A stretch of DNA of 64,000 bases from an uncultured virus (IMG/VR IMGVR_UViG_3300031851_000015) (taxonomy: Duplodnaviria > Heunggongvirae > Uroviricota > Caudoviricetes), in IMG/VR virus record IMGVR_UViG_3300031851_000015; one strand, 5' to 3'. Made by a program: the position numbers and the translations under genes. This document shows, in pieces, positions 46,228 through 54,702 of the stretch. Numbering within the stretch: the first letter of the stretch is position 1; every line of letters starts with the position of its first letter. The notes beneath the pieces were generated by a model that saw only the letters and a list, made by a program, of their open reading frames with translations, searched no databases and was not told the origin of the DNA.

Positions 46228-46524
46228 TTATCTCCCGCTATATGTTGCTTTTGATTTTCCAGTAACTTTTTTAAATTTTCTTCTAGCCGCAGCTGAGGCT
46301 TTTTGAGCTTTTGCTAAAGCTGCTTTTTGAGCTTTTGACCCCCAACTTTGATTTGCATCCGGTGTTGCGCTAGATCCTGTTATTCGAGATGGTTTTTGAA
46401 ATTTAGGGGTAAATCCTCTTAAATTAGCTCTGCCACCTGTCATGCTTTCTTTTTGAAGAAATGCTCGTCTTTCTGCAGCAGTCATTTTATTTAGTGGTTT
46501 TTGTTTTTTACGACCTTTAGCCAT
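46228..46524 (-). CDS. Highly basic protein
   Basis: K/R/A-rich; AQKAALAKAQKASAAARRK. Confidence 0.65.
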   Translation of the reverse strand: MAKGRKKQKPLNKMTAAERRAFLQKESMTGGRANLRGFTPKFQKPSRITGSSATPDANQSWGSKAQKAALAKAQKASAAARRKFKKVTGKSKATYSGR

Positions 46525-46536
46525 TCTTTTATTCCT

Positions 46537-46800
46537 TTATCTTTTTCTATTAGCAATAGCAGCTGCTTTTTGAGCTTTTTTTAGTGCTGCTTTTTGTTTT
46601 GGGCTCATTGGTTTTGATGCTGTTCTCATAGCTTTAGTAGGTTTATAACGAGCATCACCTTGAACCATTTCTGCAATAGATACATTAGGCATAAGTTTTT
46701 TACCTAAAGAAAAAGGATTTCCAGCTAGCTTACGAGCCATTCTAAGAATTTCACGGTCTTGTTTTAATTTGGCCCGTAGTTGTTCTGTATACTTACCCAT
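46537..46800 (-). CDS. Highly basic protein
   Basis: K/R/A-rich; KQKAALKKAQKAAAIANRK, similar to its neighbour. Confidence 0.65.
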   Translation of the reverse strand: MGKYTEQLRAKLKQDREILRMARKLAGNPFSLGKKLMPNVSIAEMVQGDARYKPTKAMRTASKPMSPKQKAALKKAQKAAAIANRKR

Positions 46801-46815
46801 AGTAAGTCTCCTTTA

Positions 46816-48144
46816 TTAAAAACTAAACCCGCGCTTAACGACCTTAGTTCCTGCTCTAATTGGGTACAGATATTCTACTGCATAACGCAGGGCATCCGTC
46901 CAGTGTTCAATACCTTCCTTCTTATCAATCGTAGCACTATCTGGGTTAGACTCTACCCACTGTGTACGCTCTAGAGACCTTATTGTATTAACACACTTAG
47001 GGTGTATAAGCATGTCAATATCACCATTGGCGTTCTTAAACTTTTTATTTACAGCTGCTACTGAGTCTACAATCGGTGGAGCTTTGCTATGTGCTCTGGT
47101 GACGATCTTGTTTGTCTCTAGGATTTTAAAATCGGTAACACCGACAGCAGCTGAAGTTTTTCTCGCCCTCCCAGAAGGATCCGGATAGCTAATGATACGA
47201 TGACCATTGTACTTTTCCGTAAGCGCCCTTGCTAGGGTTTCAGTATCGGGATGTCCTTGCATCTCATCTAAGATGTGTATTTGACTACCCCTAATTGCGA
47301 AGATGACTGATGCCATAATACCAACGTTAAAGTCGATAGCTACATGAACATCTTCTTCGTCTTGGAATGAAGGAAGTGTTTTGTCTATATGATCCTTGCG
47401 GTTAAATGTATAGAATACATTAGTGCCAGAGTCTTCGAAGCTTGCAGTATACTCTCTGGCAAACTTTAAAGGATCAAGTGTTAGTTTTACTCTCTCAATT
47501 TCTTCTTCATCAAGGAAAGGAGAGTCGTGATATGTGTAATGATAGTTTTTCCAATCTTCATCAGAATCTTGTCTGTTATACATCTCATAAAAATAATCAT
47601 ACCCTTTGGGAGTGCTAATAATAAGCGCTCTACCTGAGTTAGCCCCAAACTTTTTAGCGTTCTGAGGAGACCAACGAGTACTCACACAAGGTTGTATAAT
47701 AGATTCCCAAGACTCCTTGAGATTCATACCTGCACCCTTCCATGATGTAACCTCATCAGCTACTACAAAGTATTGACCTGTACCACGCATACGCTGTGAT
47801 GCCTCATATGACCATAACTTTAGTTGTACATTTCTAGGAAACCAGAACGTACCAGCAGCCTTAGATGCTTTATCAGCAAAGTCCTCCATGCCTAACTGCC
47901 AAGCTATTAGTGGATAGTAAATATCTACTGCCTGAGAGTAAGTAGGTGCTATTAGTGCTACGTTCTTATTAGGTACTGACTCGTCTAATTCCATTAACTC
48001 TTGTACTGCTACGATAGCTGCTGTTGCTGCTAGGTATGACTTACCAAAACCACGACTAGCATTAACTACTGCATATCTGCAAGACTTATCTACGAACAGA
48101 TCTCTGATAACATCAGACTGTCCTTCATGTAAATTAATTTCCAT
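46816..48144 (-). CDS. terL: Terminase large subunit
   Basis: ASRGFGKS Walker A, VVADE Walker B, ISTPKG, IDFN, YPDPSG and HWTDALRY nuclease motifs. Confidence 0.95.
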   Translation of the reverse strand: MEINLHEGQSDVIRDLFVDKSCRYAVVNASRGFGKSYLAATAAIVAVQELMELDESVPNKNVALIAPTYSQAVDIYYPLIAWQLGMEDFADKASKAAGTFWFPRNVQLKLWSYEASQRMRGTGQYFVVADEVTSWKGAGMNLKESWESIIQPCVSTRWSPQNAKKFGANSGRALIISTPKGYDYFYEMYNRQDSDEDWKNYHYTYHDSPFLDEEEIERVKLTLDPLKFAREYTASFEDSGTNVFYTFNRKDHIDKTLPSFQDEEDVHVAIDFNVGIMASVIFAIRGSQIHILDEMQGHPDTETLARALTEKYNGHRIISYPDPSGRARKTSAAVGVTDFKILETNKIVTRAHSKAPPIVDSVAAVNKKFKNANGDIDMLIHPKCVNTIRSLERTQWVESNPDSATIDKKEGIEHWTDALRYAVEYLYPIRAGTKVVKRGFSF

Positions 48145-48153
48145 AACTATTCT

Positions 48154-48618
48154 CTAATTTAATGTTGTTAACCATACAAAGCCTGTGAGACAGCCTAGCA
48201 AGAATATTAATAAAAATACTCCAGCACTCCACTCAATTATAGACTGTTTGAGTTCCATCTTACGAAACTCATGGTCTTTTTTCTTTTTACGAATCTCTGC
48301 TTCAATACCTAGAAGCTCTTCCCAGTGTGATGGGCCATAAGCAACACAAATAAAGTCTTTTAACTCTTTACGCATTGCTTCTTTTTTCTTTTGTGCAGCA
48401 AATAATTGCATAGCTTGTGCTTCTGTACCACCTCCTAAAGCTTTATACCAAGGTGGATTATCTGTTTGTTTCTGAGCAAAGTCTATGTCAGCCATAGCAC
48501 CTGCCCATTGAGAGAGTTGACCTCCCATGTCTTGTAAGTCTCTACCTATACTGATGCCTTTTTTGATAGCGTTAAACGCAGCCGAGGCTCCAGCAATAGC
48601 AGTAATTGGATCTATCAT
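48154..48618 (-). CDS. Membrane-anchored hypothetical protein
   Basis: MIDPITAIAGA N-terminus and a C-terminal TM segment. Confidence 0.65.
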   Translation of the reverse strand: MIDPITAIAGASAAFNAIKKGISIGRDLQDMGGQLSQWAGAMADIDFAQKQTDNPPWYKALGGGTEAQAMQLFAAQKKKEAMRKELKDFICVAYGPSHWEELLGIEAEIRKKKKDHEFRKMELKQSIIEWSAGVFLLIFLLGCLTGFVWLTTLN

Positions 48619-48661
48619 AGTATTCCCCTAGCTGTTATTAGTGCTATCAGGGATATATCTG

Positions 48662-48928
48662 TTATCTAATCTGTCGGTCTTGTTCCATCATATCTCTGAT
48701 GGCCTTTATATTCTCATCCATACGTACCATAGTCAAAGCTTGAGATTGAACTATATCTTCTAAAGCTTCTAAGCGAACCTCTTGGCGCATTAAGTCTCTA
48801 GTATTATTTTGTATAGCATTATCTAAGCTAGATACATACCATACAAGAGCTATTGTTTGAAATAAGATGGCTAAAATAAATGTTACAGGCACACTCTTAG
48901 AGAGATGCCAAGGATCTGAATCACTCAT
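48662..48928 (-). CDS. Membrane/coiled-coil hypothetical protein
   Basis: MSDSDPWHLSKSVP, then a TM segment and a coiled coil. Confidence 0.6.
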   Translation of the reverse strand: MSDSDPWHLSKSVPVTFILAILFQTIALVWYVSSLDNAIQNNTRDLMRQEVRLEALEDIVQSQALTMVRMDENIKAIRDMMEQDRQIR

Positions 48929-49289
48929 CGTCTTTTTCCTTATTATTAGTGAGTAATATAGAAATAGGCTTCTTTTCAGTAACCTCTTGCTCGATCTTAT
49001 CAGGGATTTTCTTATAGCCATACATCATTAAGTTATTAATGAGAGTGCCTTGAGTAGCTACTAGTTGAGCATATGCACCACCACCTAAAGGTGTTTTACC
49101 GCTGTGATGATGAGCTAACTGCTCTTCAATATAGTTATACTTCTTAACCATCATCTCAATAGGGTCAAATTGAAGCTCTTCAAGCTTTCTAACAGACGCC
49201 ATAGAGTTAATATTCTTAGACCCTTTAGGACGACCAGCGCCTTCACGCCGACCACCCATTTGAGGCTTAGTCGGATTCGGATTAGCCAT
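48921..49289 (-). CDS. terS: Terminase small subunit (putative)
   Basis: GGRREGAGRPKGSKN motif and FDPIE--V; lies upstream of terL. Confidence 0.65.
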   Translation of the reverse strand: MANPNPTKPQMGGRREGAGRPKGSKNINSMASVRKLEELQFDPIEMMVKKYNYIEEQLAHHHSGKTPLGGGAYAQLVATQGTLINNLMMYGYKKIPDKIEQEVTEKKPISILLTNNKEKDDE

Positions 49290-49441
49290 TTTGTTCAGTC
49301 CTTCTTTCTGGAATGTTTTTCAATTGAAATTTTTTATAATTCTTTTCATATATTTAAAAGAATACTATAATAACTTATTGAAAACATTTAATTTCTTATT
49401 TATAACCAACCAATACAAAAGTATAGTTTTTAATACTTACA

Positions 49442-49603
49442 CTAAGGATACCAAAGTGATATCAATAACCCCCCGTGCTGTATACACAGAGAGTGTAGAG
49501 AGGATACTATCGGGGGGCATTTAGAGCATTCTCTTTCAAGTATCAGTAGAGAAGTCCTAGATATCACTTTGGCAGAGCCTTAGCAAAGTTATTAAGTTTA
49601 TTC
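49442..49603 (-). ncRNA. Putative structured RNA or leader (three-way junction) from the class A promoter
   Basis: 13-bp perfect inverted repeat (49451-49463/49560-49572) enclosing two hairpins, in a 300-nt non-coding gap. Confidence 0.5.
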
Positions 49604-49620
49604 TTAAACGTCAGGTATTA
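49598..49620 (-). promoter_or_regulatory. Class A T7-like phage promoter (TAATACCTGACGTTTAAGAATAA)
   Basis: Aligns gap-free to the T7 promoter, with G at the +1 position (49603); heads the packaging/fibre operon. Confidence 0.85.
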
Positions 49621-49623
49621 TTT

Positions 49624-49906
49624 TCAGACAGAAATATCAAGAACTTCTCCTTGAAATAATCGTTGTCTTTCGTAGTAAGTATTGTTTTGTTGTTTTTGTA
49701 GAGTCATTAGCTCTTCAGCTTTTTCTCTCCAATTTTTTTCTAAAACCTTTTGAGCTCTTTTCTCTTGAGCTGTTATCATTTCTTCTCTAGTCTCTCGATA
49801 AGCACCATCTTCTGGCATCATAGCTTCATTATAAGGTTTAAAGACTATGTTGTCATGTGTTTCGAAAGGCATATTGGGAAGAGGCATGTGAGATATTAAT
49901 GTCATA
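49624..49906 (-). CDS. Hypothetical protein
   Basis: MTLISHMP... with an AGGA RBS. Confidence 0.55.
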
Positions 49907-49919
49907 GCTTTCCTATTTG

Positions 49920-49987
49920 AAAAAAAAAAAAATAAATCCCCACACCCCTCCAACCACCCCCAAAGGAGCAGCTAGAGAGATGTGGGG
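49920..49987 (-). terminator. Strong terminator: 23-bp stem (7 G-U pairs) plus a long U tract
   Basis: 49938-49960 pairs fully with 49965-49987 only as minus-strand RNA. Confidence 0.85.
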
Positions 49988-49994
49988 GAAAAAT

Positions 49995-50357
49995 TTAATA
50001 AGAGAAGATACTATCTTTAATTTCTAGACCAACAAAGATATTACTTGCAATATCATCTGTATCAAAGTCTGTTAGGTTTGTTTTAGCAAAAGCTTGTGTG
50101 CTGTTACCTAATGCATAACCTAGTTTTAAAGAAGGAGTAAATTCTTCTGCATCATCGTCATAGGTAATTACACCGTGTAGTGATACAGCATTTACACCAA
50201 CAGTATAAGAACCATAGTAAGATACATCTTTAGTGCCTTCGTAATTAACACCTAGTGCAGCGTTATTATAAGCGAATTCTACGTGAGGTGTGATGGTTGG
50301 ATACTCATCTACCTTTTCAATTTGTGCTGCTAGTGCAACGCCAACTAGTAAGTCCAT
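49995..50357 (-). CDS. Putative small beta-barrel/outer-membrane protein
   Basis: Alternating hydrophobic beta strands with aromatic residues (LGVNY, SYYGSY, LKLGYAL, FVGLEI). Confidence 0.45.
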   Translation of the reverse strand: MDLLVGVALAAQIEKVDEYPTITPHVEFAYNNAALGVNYEGTKDVSYYGSYTVGVNAVSLHGVITYDDDAEEFTPSLKLGYALGNSTQAFAKTNLTDFDTDDIASNIFVGLEIKDSIFSY

Positions 50358-50376
50358 TTTATTTTCCTTTGTTAAA

Positions 50377-50583
50377 TTAGGGTATGTATCCCTCTGTACT
50401 GGCAACATAGCCAGCAAAATAAGAGTATCGAGGATCCCATCGGAGTTTATACTCTTGCTTGTTAAATTCTACTACCATGATGTCATGGTCCATAGGGTCT
50501 TTTGAGCTTTGCATTTCAACAAAGTCTACGAGTAAGTAGCTAAGATTTTGGTTGTAAGGTATAAAAGTTTCAGTAGTATTCAT
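50377..50583 (-). CDS. Hypothetical protein
   Basis: 68-aa coupled ORF. Confidence 0.55.
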   Translation of the reverse strand: MNTTETFIPYNQNLSYLLVDFVEMQSSKDPMDHDIMVVEFNKQEYKLRWDPRYSYFAGYVASTEGYIP

Positions 50584-50993
50584 TACACTTCTTCCAATAC
50601 AATAAACTTTACGTTATAAGGGTTAGGGAGCTTTTTAACATCATCTATATGATCTTTAGAGACCACCATAACTTCTACTAAAGGCTCTTCTACAAACCCT
50701 ACGTGATGACGAGTATCCCAACGATACATAGAAAAGCTTCTTTGACCAATCTTACGATTAATATTAGAAAGTCTAGACTCATTAGGATCAGTGCAAATAA
50801 TAGACATATCAGGGTGTTTCCATAAGTAATCTATTAAATGCTCTGTAAACTCATCTACTCCATAAATAGCACAAACTCCTAACTCTCCGTACTTTTTGTA
50901 ATAATCATCAGCAGAAGTTTTAGGGTTATGTTTTAGCTTTATCTTAGCGGGTCTACCTGCCTTCTTTTTAGTCGGCTGTTTCGTTGTTGTCAT
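50583..50993 (-). CDS. Hypothetical protein, possible degenerate Rossmann fold
   Basis: CAIYG...HPDMSIICTDPNESRL resembles a Gfo/Idh/MocA N-terminus; basic KKKAGRP leader. Confidence 0.45.
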   Translation of the reverse strand: MTTTKQPTKKKAGRPAKIKLKHNPKTSADDYYKKYGELGVCAIYGVDEFTEHLIDYLWKHPDMSIICTDPNESRLSNINRKIGQRSFSMYRWDTRHHVGFVEEPLVEVMVVSKDHIDDVKKLPNPYNVKFIVLEEV

Positions 50994-51204
50994 TTGATTC
51001 CAATGATTCTTTGAGTTGAGCAACAATAGCATTACGACCTGCATCTACATAAGCTAACTCTGCTTGAAGAGCCTGAGCTTTATTACCTGCAGTTTGAATT
51101 ACAATTAACATGTTTTGTTGTGGTGGTGTCATGTCTTCAATAATATAAGACTTATCGTCTAAAGTGATTGTTGCTTTTTGTTGTTCTTGAAGTTGTTCAG
51201 TCAT
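50968..51204 (-). CDS. Hypothetical coiled-coil protein
   Basis: TITLDDKSY-IEDMT--Q pattern. Confidence 0.6.
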   Translation of the reverse strand: MTEQLQEQQKATITLDDKSYIIEDMTPPQQNMLIVIQTAGNKAQALQAELAYVDAGRNAIVAQLKESLESNDNNETAD

Positions 51205-51412
51205 TTTTTAATTTCTCTCTTAATTCTTGATATCCCCCAGTTAACTTTAATACTACTGGTACAGTGCTCATTCCTAGATCTAACTTAATTAAATCCATAT
51301 AGTGTGGGTTAATAGTAATGTCTTTATATACATAAGGAGTATTAGTACTATCCAAAAGGTTAATTGCTTGAGTACAATGTCCACATTTCTCTCGCCCTAA
51401 TACTAAATACAT
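51197..51412 (-). CDS. Glutaredoxin
   Basis: CGHC, TVP and GGY motifs. Confidence 0.85.
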   Translation of the reverse strand: MYLVLGREKCGHCTQAINLLDSTNTPYVYKDITINPHYMDLIKLDLGMSTVPVVLKLTGGYQELREKLKND

Positions 51413-51579
51413 TATTCTTCCTCATCTTCTTCAGAGGCAGCTAAACAAGCCATAAACCCTGCTTCAAACAAAACATGAAATATATCATTTAATGAGTTAT
51501 CAGAGTTTAAATCAAATCCATCTTCCATAAATTCATTAAAATACTCTAATACTACAGCATCTAATTCTTCAGGTGTCAT
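51412..51579 (-). CDS. Small acidic protein (55 aa; not in the ORF track)
   Basis: MTPEELDAVVLEYFNEF...EEDEEE; fills the gap with overlaps. Confidence 0.55.
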   Translation of the reverse strand: MTPEELDAVVLEYFNEFMEDGFDLNSDNSLNDIFHVLFEAGFMACLAASEEDEEE

Positions 51580-51778
51580 TTCTTTTTCCTGTTTTCATTT
51601 TATCTTTTTCTAACCAAATTAAGTGGCTAATATCACCACGGCTTAACCCAATGTCTTGAAGAGTTTGATCGTCTAAGCTATTAAGCTGTTTAATAGTCTC
51701 TCGATGTGCTCTCCAGGTTTTTAAGTATTTAACGTATCGAACAATAATATGTTCTTTTAAGTATTTAAGCATTATCAC
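51569..51778 (-). CDS. DUF1127 (YjiS-like) family protein
   Basis: WRAHRETIKQLNSLDDQTLQDIGLSRGDI signature. Confidence 0.85.
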   Translation of the reverse strand: MIMLKYLKEHIIVRYVKYLKTWRAHRETIKQLNSLDDQTLQDIGLSRGDISHLIWLEKDKMKTGKRNDT

Positions 51779-51950
51779 TCCAAGCTATGCACTTCCAATC
51801 GTGTGCAACCCATCTACGTTCTTCAACATAAGCAATACCAAATCCTATTTGTTTTAAACATTCTTCTTCAGATGCAAACAAAGCAGGATTAGCAAAACTT
51901 CTGCATTCGGTTCCTTCTATAGTACATGCTAATATAATTGCAGTAAACAT
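51765..51950 (-). CDS. Small Cys-containing hypothetical protein
   Basis: MFTAIILAC...C...F-SEEEC...C pattern. Confidence 0.6.
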   Translation of the reverse strand: MFTAIILACTIEGTECRSFANPALFASEEECLKQIGFGIAYVEERRWVAHDWKCIAWSDNA

Positions 51951-51962
51951 TTATTTTCCAAT

Positions 51963-52076
51963 CTAAAATGGTAGCCACCCTAGCCAAGCAAGAAAGTATA
52001 GTCCGACCCACGTATTAACTATACTTCCTGCAATAAAGCCAAATGCATACCCTATTAATTTAAAGGCATTATCCAA
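51963..52076 (-). CDS. Small membrane peptide (37 aa, TTG start; not in the ORF track)
   Basis: GGAG RBS; MDNAFKLIGYAFGFIAGSIVNTWVGLYFLAWLGWLPF. Confidence 0.45.
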   Translation of the reverse strand: MDNAFKLIGYAFGFIAGSIVNTWVGLYFLAWLGWLPF

Positions 52077-52260
52077 TTTTATACTCCGATTTAAGGGCTA
52101 TAATATCCATAATATATTCATTACAAGCATCCCAATTAGTAAATACTTTTTTAGTATTATTATAATCACCATCTTCAGTTCGACCACTATAGTTTAATAC
52201 ATAACCATTTTCACAAAAGTCTACAGAAAAATCAGATACTTCTTTTACAATCTTATTCAT
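52069..52260 (-). CDS. Hypothetical protein
   Basis: 63-aa ORF. Confidence 0.55.
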   Translation of the reverse strand: MNKIVKEVSDFSVDFCENGYVLNYSGRTEDGDYNNTKKVFTNWDACNEYIMDIIALKSEYKIG

Positions 52261-52806
52261 TTATATCTCTCTTATATCATAATTAAATTTTTTAAAATCT
52301 TCTTCAAACAAGTTACTAATTAAACTTTTAGCATAATCGTCATAATAATCTTTATAATTATACGTAGGTTGACTGTTAACTTTAGTTGAAGTTAATTTTA
52401 CTTTAATGAAATCTTCTAGGTCTTTTAATTCTGTTTCTAATTTAAAAAATTTTACTTTATTATTTTTATTAGATTTAATAAATTTATTTTGAGAAGTATT
52501 TATAGTCCAATTATCATTATCTACATCTTTCCAATAATCTTTAAAAGATAGTTTACTAGAAGTATATAACCATTGGCTAACTGCCCTGCTATAAGGATTT
52601 CTTACTATTGTAATAAATTTATTAGTATTAATTTCAGATTCCCACATATATAATGGGTAATGTTGGGTTCCTATTTTAAAATTTAAATCTAAAGCATACC
52701 GATAAGGCTCTTGAATATTTTTTAATTGCATTCTACAATTATATTTTAAATTAGTACCACTAGTTTTTGGTATATGAATAAAAGCCCATTTGTCTGTATA
52801 TATCAT
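52261..52806 (-). CDS. Sulfotransferase family protein
   Basis: FIHIPKTSGT (5'-PSB) and VRNPYSRAVS (3'-PB) motifs; ATG at 52806. Confidence 0.85.
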   Translation of the reverse strand: MIYTDKWAFIHIPKTSGTNLKYNCRMQLKNIQEPYRYALDLNFKIGTQHYPLYMWESEINTNKFITIVRNPYSRAVSQWLYTSSKLSFKDYWKDVDNDNWTINTSQNKFIKSNKNNKVKFFKLETELKDLEDFIKVKLTSTKVNSQPTYNYKDYYDDYAKSLISNLFEEDFKKFNYDIREI

Positions 52807-52807
52807 A

Positions 52808-52830
52808 TTATTCTTTAACGTCAACTATAT
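52808..52830 (-). promoter_or_regulatory. Degenerate class A promoter (ATATAGTTGACGTTAAAGAATAA)
   Basis: The 3' 16 nt match the consensus; sits at the nrdJ/sulfotransferase junction. Confidence 0.5.
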
Positions 52831-54696
52831 TTCACAACCACCTGCACCGCAAGCTAGTGTTTGAGCACCTTCAGTTTCATCTTCAAATTCATAGTTAGGA
52901 AGCAAAGAAAAGTCTACTTCAGGGAAAGCATGAACCGCTTTAATATACTCTTGCTCAGTGCAAGGCGAATAAGGAGCTTGTGCATAAGTATGCTCACTGT
53001 AAGGCAAGAAACTAATGCCAGTTACGTTATCAAAGTTCTTGAATACCCAATCACCTACCTCTAGCCATTCATGTTCTTTCACATAAATAGTTACTGAAAC
53101 TGAGTGTTCAGACCACCAAGTTTGATAAGCCAACCAGTTTTCAAGCTGCTCGATAGCTGTTTGTTCGTTAGCTAGTGTAGCACCTGTTGGTGATTTAATT
53201 GGAAAGTAAAATACAGTAGTACGCTCTAAGTTCATAGCGTCTGGTTCGTTAGGTACACCTTGATCTTTAAGAAGTTGTGTTAAAGGATCATTGTTTGACT
53301 GACGAACAGATCGAATATAATAAGGGGCAAAGCGACCATGAATGCCACTAGCGCTGTCAACAAGCTGGCTAACAGTACCACTTGGCTTAACTGTAGTAAT
53401 AGCTGTAGCGGGGTTAATAGAAAGCCTTTCGGAATAGTCTCTATTAGTTTGAATAGCAACATCTTTCATTTCCTTTAACAGCTTTGGATCAGGATTTTGT
53501 AACAATTTACAGTCCTGAATACCAGTTAAGCTTACACCTAGTAAGCTTTCTTCTTCACAATTCTTTTGCCATACTTTACGAACATATTTAAAGTCTGTTA
53601 GAGATGCTTGAAACGTACCAAGAATAGTAGCAATACGTACTTTACGCTTGAGATCTTCTTCTGTGTCATCTACTCGACATACTACTTCCGATAAGTTGCA
53701 GAGTTGTCCTGAACGCAATAAGATTTCTGCACAAGGATTAGTGCCACGAATTTGTGAACTATCTCTGCGACCCCCGTTAGTATTGCGTTGAGCGCCATAG
53801 CGACTATAAATACCACGCTCACCAGAGCCTGATTTCTTAAGCGCTAACCACTCTTCCATGAATACATCCATAGAAGGCTTTTGATCATAAGCAGCAGAGT
53901 TATTAGCCAAAGCACGTTGTGAGTTATTTTCCCACCACATACCTGATTTAGCATCCCGCACTTCTGGGTCTGTAAGATCACTTAAAGAAATTAAAGCAGA
54001 GCGGCGTACACCGCCTACTACAACAATCTCTGCAATTTTACACACAATATCGTGTACTTCAATAGGGCGTAGTTTACGACCTGCTGCGTTCTTAAACGTA
54101 GTTGTTACAAACTCAAATAAACGTTTAAGAGGTTCAGGGCCAGAAGCCCGACCACCCATAGTTTTAAGACGAGCACCTTCTGGTCTAACTTTAGAATAAT
54201 CCCATTCATGTTCATTTCCTAAATATAAATCTGCTACAAGTTTACGTAATCCTTTTGCCCAACCTTCAGCACTATCTTCAATAGAAATAGTACGTTCTGT
54301 TTTAACAAATTGATCGTTAATAATAGGTAGTTTATTTACAGCACTAGCTTCAGCTGAAAAGCCTACACCTGTACCAGCCATAAGAATATAAAGTATTTCA
54401 TCAAATACTCTAGGATGATCAACTTCTACAAAGCTACAGTTATAGCCTCGGAAGTGATTTTTTGATAGTGCGTCTCCAGCACTCCACATAGAGCGCATAG
54501 AGGGCATGACTTCTTTGTTGTATACAGCATCATGCACCTCTTGGAATTCCGCATCAGTAATAACATTATTACCAATTTGTTCTTTCCAAAATCCGATGAG
54601 TCTATCTACAGTTTCGTTCCACGTTTCGCGCCGATTCCAGTCAGCTATAAAACGTGAGTATCGTGAAAGATGGATAAAGTCTTCGTAAGCTTTCAT
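52825..54696 (-). CDS. nrdJ: Class II (adenosylcobalamin-dependent) ribonucleotide reductase
   Basis: YNCSF, GGVRRSA, TNPCAEI, CNLSEV, TVKPSGT and C-terminal CGAGGCEI motifs; no beta subunit nearby. Confidence 0.92.
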   Translation of the reverse strand: MKAYEDFIHLSRYSRFIADWNRRETWNETVDRLIGFWKEQIGNNVITDAEFQEVHDAVYNKEVMPSMRSMWSAGDALSKNHFRGYNCSFVEVDHPRVFDEILYILMAGTGVGFSAEASAVNKLPIINDQFVKTERTISIEDSAEGWAKGLRKLVADLYLGNEHEWDYSKVRPEGARLKTMGGRASGPEPLKRLFEFVTTTFKNAAGRKLRPIEVHDIVCKIAEIVVVGGVRRSALISLSDLTDPEVRDAKSGMWWENNSQRALANNSAAYDQKPSMDVFMEEWLALKKSGSGERGIYSRYGAQRNTNGGRRDSSQIRGTNPCAEILLRSGQLCNLSEVVCRVDDTEEDLKRKVRIATILGTFQASLTDFKYVRKVWQKNCEEESLLGVSLTGIQDCKLLQNPDPKLLKEMKDVAIQTNRDYSERLSINPATAITTVKPSGTVSQLVDSASGIHGRFAPYYIRSVRQSNNDPLTQLLKDQGVPNEPDAMNLERTTVFYFPIKSPTGATLANEQTAIEQLENWLAYQTWWSEHSVSVTIYVKEHEWLEVGDWVFKNFDNVTGISFLPYSEHTYAQAPYSPCTEQEYIKAVHAFPEVDFSLLPNYEFEDETEGAQTLACGAGGCEI

Positions 54697-54702
54697 AGTA
54701 AG

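Noticed and set aside
49170..49524. Plus-strand ORFs in the terS upstream region
   Set aside because: Against the window-wide coding strand, TTG starts, low-complexity AT-rich translation; the region is better explained as structured non-coding sequence
51988..52031. Inverted repeat (AAGTATAGT/ACTATACTT core) as a possible ncRNA
   Set aside because: Lies within a plausible 37-aa membrane-peptide ORF, with no promoter or terminator support
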